Assembly (NCBI RefSeq): GCF_001194135.2
Contig: NC_068999.1
Coordinates: 2,112,834-2,176,833, forward strand
Reading direction: 5' to 3'
Length of the DNA: 64,000 nt
DNA from: Octopus bimaculoides
Lineage: Eukaryota
Shown here in pieces: positions 52,363 through 64,000 of the stretch. The first letter of the stretch is position 1. Every line of letters starts with the position of its first letter. The notes beneath the pieces were generated by a model. It ran no database searches, was not told the origin of the DNA, and was given only the letters and a program-made list of their open reading frames with translations. Position numbers and translations under genes: made by a program.

Positions 52363-52914
52363 CATGCATCTCTATTTTTGTGTGTTGACAGTGTTTGAGT
52401 GAGTTTTTTTGCGAGCATACAAAACGCGCGCGCGCGCACACATACGTCAATAAGTGTGTCAGTGTGTACGAGAATTGTTCTGCACCCAATCACTCCTTAA
52501 GTATACACGGCGACCACATCCACCCCCACCACTAACAACAACACCACCGTCAGCCTTCTCTATATCATCTACCTGGTTTTGGATGTTGTTCTTTGATAAA
52601 CATCCCCAACGAACAATGATTTTACAGGCAATTGACGCTCCCTCCGTCGCTTTTGTCCCTGTCTTTCTAACATTCTAACACCCCCCTCTCTCTCTCTCTC
52701 TCTCTTTATTTCTCTCTCTCTCTCTCACTTTATCTCTCTCTATCTCTTTATCTCACTTATCATCTCTGTCTAAATGTATATACGTGTGTAGGTGTGTGTT
52801 GTTTACATACACACACACACACACCTGTGTAGATGTGTGTAGTTTACACAAACACACACACCACACACATATAAGCACCCACATACACACACAGACGACG
52901 AATCACTGAAAAGG

Positions 52915-53545
52915 TTCCAGCCGGACACTTCCCTGGTTATTCTGGACGTGCCAAGGAGGCAAACCGTTTCTAACAATTCTACTGGGCACTCCATTCCAAT
53001 TTACTTAATATTCTCTTGATCCCTTCTGATACTGTTCCCAAAGGACCCAACAACAATTGGCACTATCTTCACCTTCATTTTCCATAGCCGGGATATTTCG
53101 TACTTAAGAGGGTTGTATTTATCTATCTTTTCGCCTTCCTTCTTGACTATTCGTGGGTCAAAGATGCATGCAACGTCAACTATATGGAACATGTGGTGCA
53201 CTTTGTCCACCACCAATAGGTACGATCTGTTATGCTCCAACACCTGATCTGCTGGGATTGGGAAATCTCAGAGGATTTTGCTAGTCTCCGACTCCACCAC
53301 TCTCTGCGGTTTGTGCTCATACCACGTCTTGCCTCTCTCTAGCCCCCACTTTTCGCACAGTTTACGATGGAAAACTTTCGTTACGTGGCCGTGTAATGGT
53401 TTGGGGCAGGTCTAAGGCACTCGTTCGTAATATGGGCAATGGTTTCATCCACTCTATTGCAGATGCGGCAGAACGGAGACACTTGCTCGTTCCTCAGGCT
53501 GACCCTGCAGTTCGTGGCCAAAGCTTCGTCTTGCGCTGCCAGTAT
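52915..53545 (-). mobile_element. R4/Dong-like RLE non-LTR retrotransposon, 3' fragment
   Basis: AAQDEALAT, CRICNRVDETIAHITNEC, VDVACIFDPRIVKKEGEKIDKYNPLKYEISRLWKMKVKIVPIVVG. Confidence 0.9.
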
Positions 53546-53599
53546 ACTGCTCTCTGTGTCTGTGTGTGTGTGTTTGTGTCTGTGTCTGTCTCTCTCCAT

Positions 53600-53755
53600 C
53601 ACCGATTTACAACCGGTGTTAGTGTGTTTACGTTCCGTAAAGTAGCGGTTCGGCAAAAGAGACAGAAGTCCTGGGGTCGGTTTGTTCGACTCAAACCCTT
53701 CAAGGCGGTGCTCCAGCATGGCCGCAGTTAAATGACTGAACCACTTAAAAGAATA
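53600..53755 (-). mobile_element. SINE-like repeat (family B)
   Basis: GCGGTTCGGCAAAAGAGAC...GGCGGTGCTCCAGCATGGCCGCAG. Confidence 0.8.
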
Positions 53756-53759
53756 CGTA

Positions 53760-53842
<83 letters not shown>

Positions 53843-54056
53843 TTGGACAACCAAGATAAATTAAGACCGTCTGTATGTGTATACGTGTGCGTCTGTGTGT
53901 GAGGGTGGGTGTGTATGTACTTTCTACGTATTATACGACTATGTATATATGTGTGCCAGCCTTTAATTGTGTTGGTGTTTACTTATATAGCTGCGTAACT
54001 AATTTAACTATGTTTGCACGTCTCTCTGCACGTCTGCTAATCCATTTATCAATCTA

Positions 54057-54123
<67 letters not shown>

Positions 54124-54226
54124 ATCTGTCTGTCTATCGATCTATCTATCAATCTATCTATCGATCTATCTATATATCTCTCTGTTTGCCTGTCTGCGCG
54201 GTTTTCATTATTACGATAGCCCTACT

Positions 54227-54270
54227 GTAACCATGGTAACGACCCATATTAGTAGATAGCGGCCATATTT
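54227..54270. promoter_or_regulatory. X-box-like palindrome plus YY1-like motif
   Basis: GTAACCATGGTAAC (54227-54240) and GCGGCCATATTT (54259-54270); a ~1-kb gap starts at 54304. Confidence 0.4.
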
Positions 54271-55919
54271 GTAGTGTTTTGTAAATAAAGACTTTGCGGA
54301 TTCNNNNNNNNNNNNNNNNNNNNNNNNNNNNNNNNNNNNNNNNNNNNNNNNNNNNNNNNNNNNNNNNNNNNNNNNNNNNNNNNNNNNNNNNNNNNNNNNN
54401 NNNNNNNNNNNNNNNNNNNNNNNNNNNNNNNNNNNNNNNNNNNNNNNNNNNNNNNNNNNNNNNNNNNNNNNNNNNNNNNNNNNNNNNNNNNNNNNNNNNN
54501 NNNNNNNNNNNNNNNNNNNNNNNNNNNNNNNNNNNNNNNNNNNNNNNNNNNNNNNNNNNNNNNNNNNNNNNNNNNNNNNNNNNNNNNNNNNNNNNNNNNN
54601 NNNNNNNNNNNNNNNNNNNNNNNNNNNNNNNNNNNNNNNNNNNNNNNNNNNNNNNNNNNNNNNNNNNNNNNNNNNNNNNNNNNNNNNNNNNNNNNNNNNN
54701 NNNNNNNNNNNNNNNNNNNNNNNNNNNNNNNNNNNNNNNNNNNNNNNNNNNNNNNNNNNNNNNNNNNNNNNNNNNNNNNNNNNNNNNNNNNNNNNNNNNN
54801 NNNNNNNNNNNNNNNNNNNNNNNNNNNNNNNNNNNNNNNNNNNNNNNNNNNNNNNNNNNNNNNNNNNNNNNNNNNNNNNNNNNNNNNNNNNNNNNNNNNN
54901 NNNNNNNNNNNNNNNNNNNNNNNNNNNNNNNNNNNNNNNNNNNNNNNNNNNNNNNNNNNNNNNNNNNNNNNNNNNNNNNNNNNNNNNNNNNNNNNNNNNN
55001 NNNNNNNNNNNNNNNNNNNNNNNNNNNNNNNNNNNNNNNNNNNNNNNNNNNNNNNNNNNNNNNNNNNNNNNNNNNNNNNNNNNNNNNNNNNNNNNNNNNN
55101 NNNNNNNNNNNNNNNNNNNNNNNNNNNNNNNNNNNNNNNNNNNNNNNNNNNNNNNNNNNNNNNNNNNNNNNNNNNNNNNNNNNNNNNNNNNNNNNNNNNN
55201 NNNNNNNNNNNNNNNNNNNNNNNNNNNNNNNNNNNNNNNNNNNNNNNNNNNNNNNNNNNNNNNNNNNNNNNNNNNNNNNNNNNNATGACCAACACGATTA
55301 CTACCAAGCAGCCTCTATGTACACCAAACCAAACTACCGCGGCACATCTCTCTCTTCGATTCTGTTAGGTGACTCAGCTTCACCACGATAAATAAACAGA
55401 CAAGAAATTCTCAGCCAGCGACGAACATCTGTATAACAAGAATCACGGCCCGGCATCGATGCCACGACATCACAACTAGTGATCAGCCCTGCCACACTCA
55501 GCCTTTCCTCACTTTCACATACAGAACTTTCCTACAGTGTACTAAAGAACTGATATAATTGCTCACGTGTTATTGACTCTTTCTCTGCTGTAATATTTCA
55601 CATACACACACATGTATCACTCACATACATACTTTTCTTTGTACGACGGCCTGTCTTTGATTATGTTATTATATGTCGCATTCACACTCTCACACAGACA
55701 TACATCTTTAACGCCATAATAGATATCTCTGTTATTCATCTAATACGGTTGTGGTCTTTCATTACTGGTCATCTATGTTATCGTCGTATAACATTTTGTA
55801 TATCATATCTGATATATATAATATTTTGTGTTCGACTGTGTGATACGTTTAAATAAAAGGAGTCCTCTGTTTTTCCATTCGTCACCATTTCTCCTTTTTG
55901 AGTTCGCACGGTCGTCCCT

Positions 55920-55968
<49 letters not shown>

Positions 55969-56905
55969 TTATATGTATATGTGTGTACGTGTGTGTATAT
56001 ACATACACACACATATACACACATGCATGTATATATATATATATATTTAGATAGATAGATAGATAGATAGATAGACAGATTGCTCAACCGGGCAAGCGGT
56101 GCGTTAGGTCGTCTGCTCTGTAGCTCTTGGTTATGGTTCTTGTGGAGTTGTGACGACTGATGTTCGCCAGTCACAGAAGCCGTTCTTCAAATGCCGTGCT
56201 ATTCCTTACCGTTTTCCGCTGTGGTTCCATATACAAACTATCGAAAGACGGAATACGTCTGTCTTTCAGTAAATTCTTGTACATCTTTCGCAATAATGTC
56301 CTCGGCTGCGACATCGTCTTCATGTGTTGCCATAAACCGTGAATGGAGTACTATTTGTGTGACTGACGTTTTTCTTCTGACCATTTCTTTAAAAGATGCA
56401 GTGAAGTATGTATCGACGATTCCCTAAATAGACTTTGGTGTACGAACGACTGCATGAGGGGGTTTGGCATGGTTGTCAGGGTGTTGCACTCGTGGTGCGT
56501 AAGATTGTGGTTTCGTTTCCCGGACCGGTAAAAAATGAGTAACACTTCGATGAACTATTTACATATATATATACATACATTTATATATATTTACATACAC
56601 ATATGTATATATATATATANNNNNNNNNNNNNNNNNNNNNNNNNNNNNNNNNNNNNNNNNNNNNNNNNNNNNNNNNNNNNNNNNNNNNNNNNNNNNNNNN
56701 NNNNNNNNNNNNNNNNNNNNNNNNNNNNNNNNNNNNNNNNNNNNNNNNNNNNNNNNNNNNNNNNNNNNNNNNNNNNNNNNNNNNNNNNNNNNNNNNNNNN
56801 NNNNNNNNNNNNNNNNNNNNNNNNNNNNNNNNNNNNNNNNNNNNNNNNNNNNNNNNNNNNNNNNNNNNNNNNNNNNNNNNNNNNNNNNNNNNNNNNNNNN
56901 NNNNN

Positions 56906-56946
<41 letters not shown>

Positions 56947-57674
56947 CATATATATGTATGTATACATACAAATAAATACACACACGCTCATGAGTATATA
57001 TGCAAATATTTGCACTCCAAACTTGGAAACCGACCCTATGAGCCTATACGACACGGGAATGATCTTATACGAACGACTAACGCCCTGTCCCGTGTAGTTC
57101 TCTTATGAGGACCACGTCCTTTTGTTTAAATAGAGTGCACCTAGGGTCACGTTATCAAATGTTTCTGTCTCTCCCTTTAAGAGCGACAGTTGGCTGCTAT
57201 TTCTAGCTGGCTGAGAGACAACGCGAAGACTCCCAAATGGTGTCTCTACTGTTGTTGCCGTCGTCGTCGTTGTTGTTGATGATGATGATGATGATGGTAG
57301 TGGCGGCGGTGGCAGTGTTACTGTTATTGTCAATGATTTTGCTACTGCTGCTGCTGCTGCTGCTGCTTTTTTTGTCATCACCGTTGATGCAGTTCTTGTT
57401 GTTCTTCTTCTTCCTCAGACTATGGCGAATGTAGGTGGGTGGGGGGAATATGTAACAGAACGAGAGTCTTGTGTTCTGGGAAACTTATGCTTACTCTCAC
57501 CCCCACCCTCGCTCCAACCACCCACGCAAACACACACACACACACGCACCAACCCTCGCTCCGCCCCGCCCCTCTTAAGAATATGGGTCAACGATGAGAA
57601 AACCTTGTTGTCTGCTCGTCTGAGTGAATCGTTGCAAATAAAGGACAAAGTTGTGTAACTTGATATATTATCGG

Positions 57675-57982
57675 CATGTGTGTGTATGTGTGTGTGTATG
57701 TATGTGTGTATGTGTGTGTATGTATGTGTGTATGTGTGTGTTTGTATGTATGTATGTGTGTGTATGTATGTGTGTGCATGTTTGTCTATGTATGTATGTA
57801 CGTATGTGTGTATGTATGTATGTATGTGTGTGTATGTATGTATGTATGTATGTGTGTATGCATGTGTGTATGAGTGTATGTATGTATGTATATATGTGTA
57901 TGTATGTGTGTATGTATATATATGTGTGTGTATATATGTATGTATGTGTATCTGTGTATGTATATGTGTGTGTATGTATGTA
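57675..57982. repeat. (TG)n/(TGTA)n degenerate microsatellite
   Basis: Seen directly. Confidence 0.95.
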
Positions 57983-58618
57983 NNNNNNNNNNNNNNNNNN
58001 NNNNNNNNNNNNNNNNNNNNNNNNNNNNNNNNNNNNNNNNNNNNNNNNNNNNNNNNNNNNNNNNNNNNNNNNNNNNNNNNNNNNNNNNNNNNNNNNNNNN
58101 NNNNNNNNNNNNNNNNNNNNNNNNNNNNNNNNNNNNNNNNNNNNNNNNNNNNNNNNNNNNNNNNNNNNNNNNNNNNNNNNNNNNNNNNNNNNNNNNNNNN
58201 NNNNNNNNNNNNNNNNNNNNNNNNNNNNNNNNNNNNNNNNNNNNNNNNNNNNNNNNNNNNNNNNNNNNNNNNNNNNNNNNNNNNNNNNNNNNNNNNNNNN
58301 NNNNNNNNNNNNNNNNNNNNNNNNNNNNNNNNNNNNNNNNNNNNNNNNNNNNNNNNNNNNNNNNNNNNNNNNNNNNNNNNNNNNNNNNNNNNNNNNNNNN
58401 NNNNNNNNNNNNNNNNNNNNNNNNNNNNNNNNNNNNNNNNNNNNNNNNNNNNNNNNNNNNNNNNNNNNNNNNNNNNNNNNNNNNNNNNNNNNNNNNNNNN
58501 NNNNNNNNNNNNNNNNNNNNNNNNNNNNNNNNNNNNNNNNNNNNNNNNNNNNNNNNNNNNNNNNNNNNNNNNNNNNNNNNNNNNNNNNNNNNATATATAT
58601 ATATATATATATACCCAC

Positions 58619-58720
58619 GGAGATATGGCGTAGTGGTTAAGAGCGCAGGCTACTAACCTCAAGATTCCGAGTTCGATCCCAGACAGTGACCTGAATAATA
58701 ATAATAATATTAATAATAAT
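58619..58720 (+). mobile_element. Short tRNA-derived SINE with (AAT)n tail
   Basis: A-box TGGCGTAGTGG (58626-58636), B-box GAGTTCGATCC (58669-58679), then AATAATAAT. Confidence 0.75.
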
Positions 58721-59215
58721 AATATATTTTCTTGTCATGTTGAATATTTGAATTCTTCCTCTCAAGAAGGTGCTGGTTTCTATACAAAGCTGCATCGTTG
58801 GAATGTAGACGACAAAAACGATGTAGCATTTTAAAATTGAGAAAAGTCTTGCAGATATTTATTGTTCCACTTTTTGCAGATTGTATTTGTAATGTGCGAA
58901 TTAACTGGTTGATTTCTTGGTAGCGTTTCGTCTGCCTTTACGTATTGACAACATCCTTTCCACCCCCACCTCACAAATTTCAGACCTTCCACCGATAATA
59001 GAAAGGATATATACTTCACGTATATGCAAACGTATCAATATATGAACGCACGCGCGCACACATGTATATATATTAATGTATGTGTGTGTATAGGTGCGTG
59101 TGTGTGTATGTATCAATGAATGTGTGTATGCATATACATACATATACATTTGTCTAGCCATCTGTTACTCTCGTTCATTGTCTCCTCTCTAAGCGTATAC
59201 ATATATGTATTACGT

Positions 59216-59256
<41 letters not shown>

Positions 59257-59295
59257 GACACACATTCATATGTCTACATATGCTTGTGCATATAT

Positions 59296-59336
<41 letters not shown>

Positions 59337-59566
59337 NNNNNNNNNNNNNNNNNNNNNNNNNNNNNNNNNNNNNNNNNNNNNNNNNNNNNNNNNNNNNNNN
59401 NNNNNNNNNNNNNNNNNNNNNNNNNNNNNNNNNNNNNNNNNNNNNNNNNNNNNNNNNNNNNNNNNNNNNNNNNNNNNNNNNNNNNNNNNNNNNNNNNNNN
59501 NNNNNNNNNNNNNNNNNNNNNNNNNNNNNNNNNNNNNNNNNNNNNNNNNNNNNNNNNNNNNNNNNN

Positions 59567-59606
<40 letters not shown>

Positions 59607-59722
59607 TCTCCTCGTTACATGTATTTGTCCGAAGTGCCTGCGTCTGTCTCTACCTCTCTCTCACACACATAATACACACAGTTCCCTCTCTTTCTCTCTC
59701 CCTCCCTTTTCTCCCCATATAT

Positions 59723-60873
59723 AAGGGGTTGGACAAAAGAATGGAAACACCTAGCATCACAGTATAAGTTTGAAATATCTATAAAACCGTCAAAAGCTTG
59801 TTTATTTTTATGTTTTTGATTCGTTATTAGTGTTGCTTAATATGTTTTGCTAAAATTGCAGTTTCTTTGCAGATATCATCAGAAAAAAGATAATTAAAAT
59901 TCATTAAAATAACAGATCTATCAGACTTTCAAAGCGGTCGAATTGTTGGTTCTCGTATGGCAGGTGCTAGCGAAATGTTTGGTGTATCAAGATGTACTGT
60001 CTCGAAAGTAATGACAGTCTTTGAGAAAGAGGGAAAAGCCTTCTCGTCGAAATAAAACTCCGGAAGAAAACCGAAACTTTCAGATAGGGACCGTCAGATT
60101 CTTACGCGAATTCTTAGAAATGATCACGAAAGTACATCTCCCAAAATTACTGCAAACCTTAATGACCACCTCGAGAACCCAGTTTTCACGAAAACTGTTC
60201 GCCGGGATCTGCACAAAGCCGGATTTCACGGGAGGACTGCAATCAGAAAACCACTACTTTCAAAAACAAACGTTGCAAAGCGTTTAGAATGGAGAAAAAA
60301 CCTACAGAATTGGTCTCTAGAAAAGTGGAAGAATGTTATTTTCTCGGACGAGTCATCTTTTACCTTATTTCCGACCACTGGTTGAGTATATGTGTGGAGA
60401 CAGCCAAAAGTGCATTTGACCCAGATTGCCTTCTTCCAACTGTTAAACATGGAGGAGGATCTGTAATGATCTGGAGAGCTATATCTTGGAAATCCGCCGG
60501 CCCAGTGGTTTCCCTCCGTGGCAGAATTAATAGTCAAGACTATTTAAGCATTTTATCTGATCATCCTATGGTTGTGGAACTGTTTCCGGAGGCGAAGGCA
60601 ATCTTTCAAGATGATAATGCACCAATTCACACAGCTAAAGTTGTTGCTGAATGGTACGAGGAACATTCTAGTGAAGTTGAACATCTTATCTGGCCACCAC
60701 AGTCCCCAGATCTCAATATTATTGAGCATTTATGGTGCATTTTAGAAAAACAAGTAAGAAGTCTATATCCTCCACCATCATCACTACAAGAGCTGGAGAC
60801 TGTTTTAGCTGAAGAATGAACAAAAATTCCTTTGGAAACAATTCAAACTTTGTACGAGTCCATATCTCTTAGA
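59723..60873 (+). mobile_element. Tc1-like DNA transposon with DD36E transposase pseudogene; right end lost in a gap
   Basis: Left end TA..GGGGTTGGACAAAAGAATGGAAACACC; paired-like N-terminus, GRKPKL, IFSDES, KHGGGSVMIW, FQDDNAPIH, WPPQSPDLNIIEHLW; start codon degraded to ATA (~59909), internal TAA and TGA, one frameshift. Confidence 0.92.
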
Positions 60874-61091
60874 NNNNNNNNNNNNNNNNNNNNNNNNNNN
60901 NNNNNNNNNNNNNNNNNNNNNNNNNNNNNNNNNNNNNNNNNNNNNNNNNNNNNNNNNNNNNNNNNNNNNNNNNNNNNNNNNNNNNNNNNNNNNNNNNNNN
61001 NNNNNNNNNNNNNNNNNNNNNNNNNNNNNNNNNNNNNNNNNNNNNNNNNNNNNNNNNNNNNNNNNNNNNNNNNNNNNNNNNNNNNNNNNNN

Positions 61092-61172
<81 letters not shown>

Positions 61173-61190
61173 TAATAATAACAATAATAA
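61092..61190. repeat. (AAT)n microsatellite
   Basis: Seen directly. Confidence 0.95.
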
Positions 61191-61964
61191 TATATACATA
61201 AGGAAAATAAGACAAGGTAGAAAGTGCTAAAATAATTTTATTATGAAGAACATTTTAGTACCGGTTCCAGTCTTTGCAAAATTAAATTGTGGAAAAATTA
61301 AATGAAATGTTTTTTTAAAATATTTCCATAGTTTTCAAATGCAAGGGACATTTTCCTTTTCACTGTCTGTCTCTGTCTCTCTTTTTTACTCATATATATA
61401 TATATGAGAGTGTGCGTGAGCGCATGCATGTGTATGTGCCTGTGATTGTATTTATATGTGTTTATGCGTTCTGAGATGGGAAAAGAAGGGGTAAGTGTGA
61501 GTAATGACGGCCAATTTGGATGGATTAGTGTAATTGTAGCTGTGTGTTACGAGTGGCATTGATATATTTTACTGCGCACAAAGGTGAACCTAACGGATAA
61601 ACATTAACAGAATAGTGTATCGTGTTGCCCCGTCTTCCCATCAACCGACCGATAGATATCATATAATCGTATGCTAATCGTTTGTTCATAATGCTTGTTC
61701 CATTGCTCCATACCACACAGACAAGAATGGAACGGACAGAAATATATTCGTTTCAGCCGTTATTGTCGTCGTTCCCCTTCAGCTAAACGAGGCCGTAAAA
61801 TTTATCCTGTTTGACAATAAAACACGTTAAAATTGATGGTTCTTTTTGTTTTTGTTTCGTTTCGTTTCGTTTTGTCTTTTTGCTCTCATAGAAATAAAAC
61901 AATTTATTGGTTAGAAACACATTTACTATATCTTTGAGAAAACAAAGTTTTAAATCAGATGATG

Positions 61965-62265
61965 AGGATAATGGTGGTGGTGGTGATGGTGGTGGTGGTG
62001 GTGGTAATGATGATAGTGCGGTGGTTGTGGCATTGGTGGTGGTGGCATTGGTGGTGATATTGGTGGTGAAGATGATGATGGTGGTGGTGGTGGTGGTGGC
62101 TGTGGAATTGGTGGTGGTATTGGTGGTGAAAATGATAATGATGATGATGATGGTGATGGTGATGGTTGTCGTCGTCGTCGTCGACGTGGTGTTGACGGCG
62201 GTGATGGGAATTGCGATAAAGATGCTGATGGTAATGGTGGTGGTGGTGGTGGTGGTGGTGATGAA
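61965..62265. repeat. (GGT/GAT/GTC)n degenerate trinucleotide tract
   Basis: Seen directly. Confidence 0.9.
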
Positions 62266-62639
62266 ACATAACTAAATAAAAATAAAAGACAATAAAGGAT
62301 AAACTGAGGAATTTTTTTCAGCGATTTGGGACCGGAAGTGGTGAGAGGAAGGGAAGGGGAGGAGAGGCGGGGGTTTGGTTTGTTGAGGATAAACTAGCTA
62401 CAAAAGTTTTGAACCCATTAGACAGTGACGAGTCAATGACGATGGCTTAGAATGGATCGAAGGAACCCCACGGAGTTGTTTCTCGAACGATCTGCTAGAA
62501 ATCGCAGCCAAATCTAGCTCAGGACACATTTGATCGGCTTCAATAAATGGAAGGATTAGAAATGCTGAATCAGGTTATATTGTGTCTGAGACAGCAGAAG
62601 GGGTCCTTTAATGCGTTCTCTTTTATTTATTTATTTATT

Positions 62640-62790
62640 TTTTTTGGTCAGCCATTAGGCTGCGGCCATGCTGGGAACACCGCCATGAAGAATTTTAGTC
62701 AAACGATTCGTCCCATATACTTATGTTTAAAACCTGGTACTTCTTCTATCGATATCTTTTGACGAACCGCTAGTTTACGGGGACGTAGAT
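62640..62790 (+). mobile_element. SINE-like repeat (family B)
   Basis: GCTGCGGCCATGCTGGGAACACCGCC...GAACCGCTAGTTTACGGGGACGTA. Confidence 0.8.
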
Positions 62791-62819
62791 TTGTTCACTT
62801 TAGGACTGTAATGGGGCAA

Positions 62820-62988
62820 ATATTGGGTTAAGCAAAATAGAAAAGAAATAGACAAAGCAAAATCCCAACAATGACCGAGAAGCTCCGGACACAGAGCAGA
62901 GACAGAAGGATTTTTAACTGCAGCAAACGACCAAAGCCTCTTCAACTGAAATTACCATAAAACACGTAACGAAAAGAAATACAAGTAA
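62820..62988 (+). mobile_element. R4/Dong-like fragment, same subfamily as 49378-49540, running into (AAT)n
   Basis: GAAATTACCATAAAACACGTAACGAAAAGAAATACAAGTAA is identical in both copies. Confidence 0.85.
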
Positions 62989-63062
62989 TAATAATGATAA
63001 TAATAATAATAATAATAATGATAATAATAATAATAATAATAATAACAATAATAATAATAATA

Positions 63063-63106
<44 letters not shown>

Positions 63107-63107
<1 letters not shown>

Positions 63108-63563
63108 GGCTACAGCAAATATTCTGTTCAATACCACAGATTTGCTTGTCAGTTGTTTGACTTTAACCAGTTGAGCATGTTCCTTGGTGGCTGACGATAT
63201 GTGCATCTCTGATCATGAGCAGAAGTAGTGGGGGAGCATCATAGCCATGTGTTGAAAGGAATTATTTGGAGTTTGAATAATTCACCTTTGGAAACATGGG
63301 TGTTTTGCTCAACATCCTTAAACAAACCTTATTCAGGGACTTTTTGAGCGGGATGGGCTACTCGACCTGAAGAAATTCTAACTGGGCCCCACCTGTAAGG
63401 TCATGTGCGGTTTATCTCGATATGAGATCACCCTGTTGCGCACATATGGCTGTGATGCATGTGCCTGGTGTACCCTTATCAAACGGGTAGTCATGATGGG
63501 TATACTGGGCTTCGTATATTTTACCTCAGTATCACTTTGATGGCATGCACTGCTCTCTCACTC
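63107..63563 (+). mobile_element. ~460-bp non-coding insert embedded in (AAT)n on both sides (probable non-autonomous element or LINE 3' UTR)
   Basis: Bounded by (AAT)n at 62988-63105 and 63564-63700; no convincing ORF. Confidence 0.5.
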
Positions 63564-63622
<59 letters not shown>

Positions 63623-63630
63623 TGATAATG

Positions 63631-63670
<40 letters not shown>

Positions 63671-63964
63671 TAACAATAATAATAGCAACAACAACAACGT
63701 TAATACTACATGGTGATTATATTACTATCGTTTCCATAAGAAATTACTTCATTAGCACTTCACTAAATGAATCACCTGACTGGAAAACGATATGATGTGT
63801 CCGCTCATATATACACCATCTGATAACGTTTACACCTATCGACGTCATTAATGCGGCGCTTCTAGAGTTACTAGTTTCCCTAATTACCTGTGAAATTTAA
63901 TTAGACACATATGACATGGGTCTCTGCGCATGCGCGTGAACGAATGTATGTATGATTTGTGTGC

Positions 63965-64000
<36 letters not shown>

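Noticed and set aside
58619-58695. Possible tRNA gene
   Set aside because: A and B boxes present but no proper acceptor stem; (AAT)n tail indicates a SINE
62331-62340. Perfect ETS site ACCGGAAGTG; also a lone TGCGCATGCGC at 63925-63935 and GC boxes at ~57561
   Set aside because: Isolated short motifs with no associated gene; compatible with chance in 64 kb

Overview
Eukaryotic, AT-rich, microsatellite-saturated genomic DNA with many assembly gaps, most flanked by simple repeats. The SINE/LINE families present point to an octopus genome (inference). Almost all ORFs in the supplied track are microsatellite or N-run artefacts. The one well-supported gene is an intact single-exon 371-aa ORF (31284-32399, minus). 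It encodes a divergent EB1/MAPRE-type calponin-homology (CH) domain fused to a basic, Ser-rich tail lacking the canonical EBH domain and EEY/F tail, and it has a Kozak context, an AATAAA signal and a CRE/ETS-rich upstream region. The rest is mostly mobile-element debris: a DD36E Tc1 copy, mariner and DD41D-like remnants, a Penelope GIY-YIG fragment, RTE and CR1/L2-type LINE 3' ends, about ten R4/Dong-like RLE-LINE fragments (several chained through (AAT)n tracts) and tRNA-derived SINEs. Unexplained structures worth follow-up are a pri-miRNA-like hairpin at 24.7 kb, a 39-bp inverted repeat and an ~50-bp-period NRF1-like motif array upstream of the EB-like gene, and two RFX X-box-like sites. All alignments were done by eye and element boundaries are approximate unless stated.
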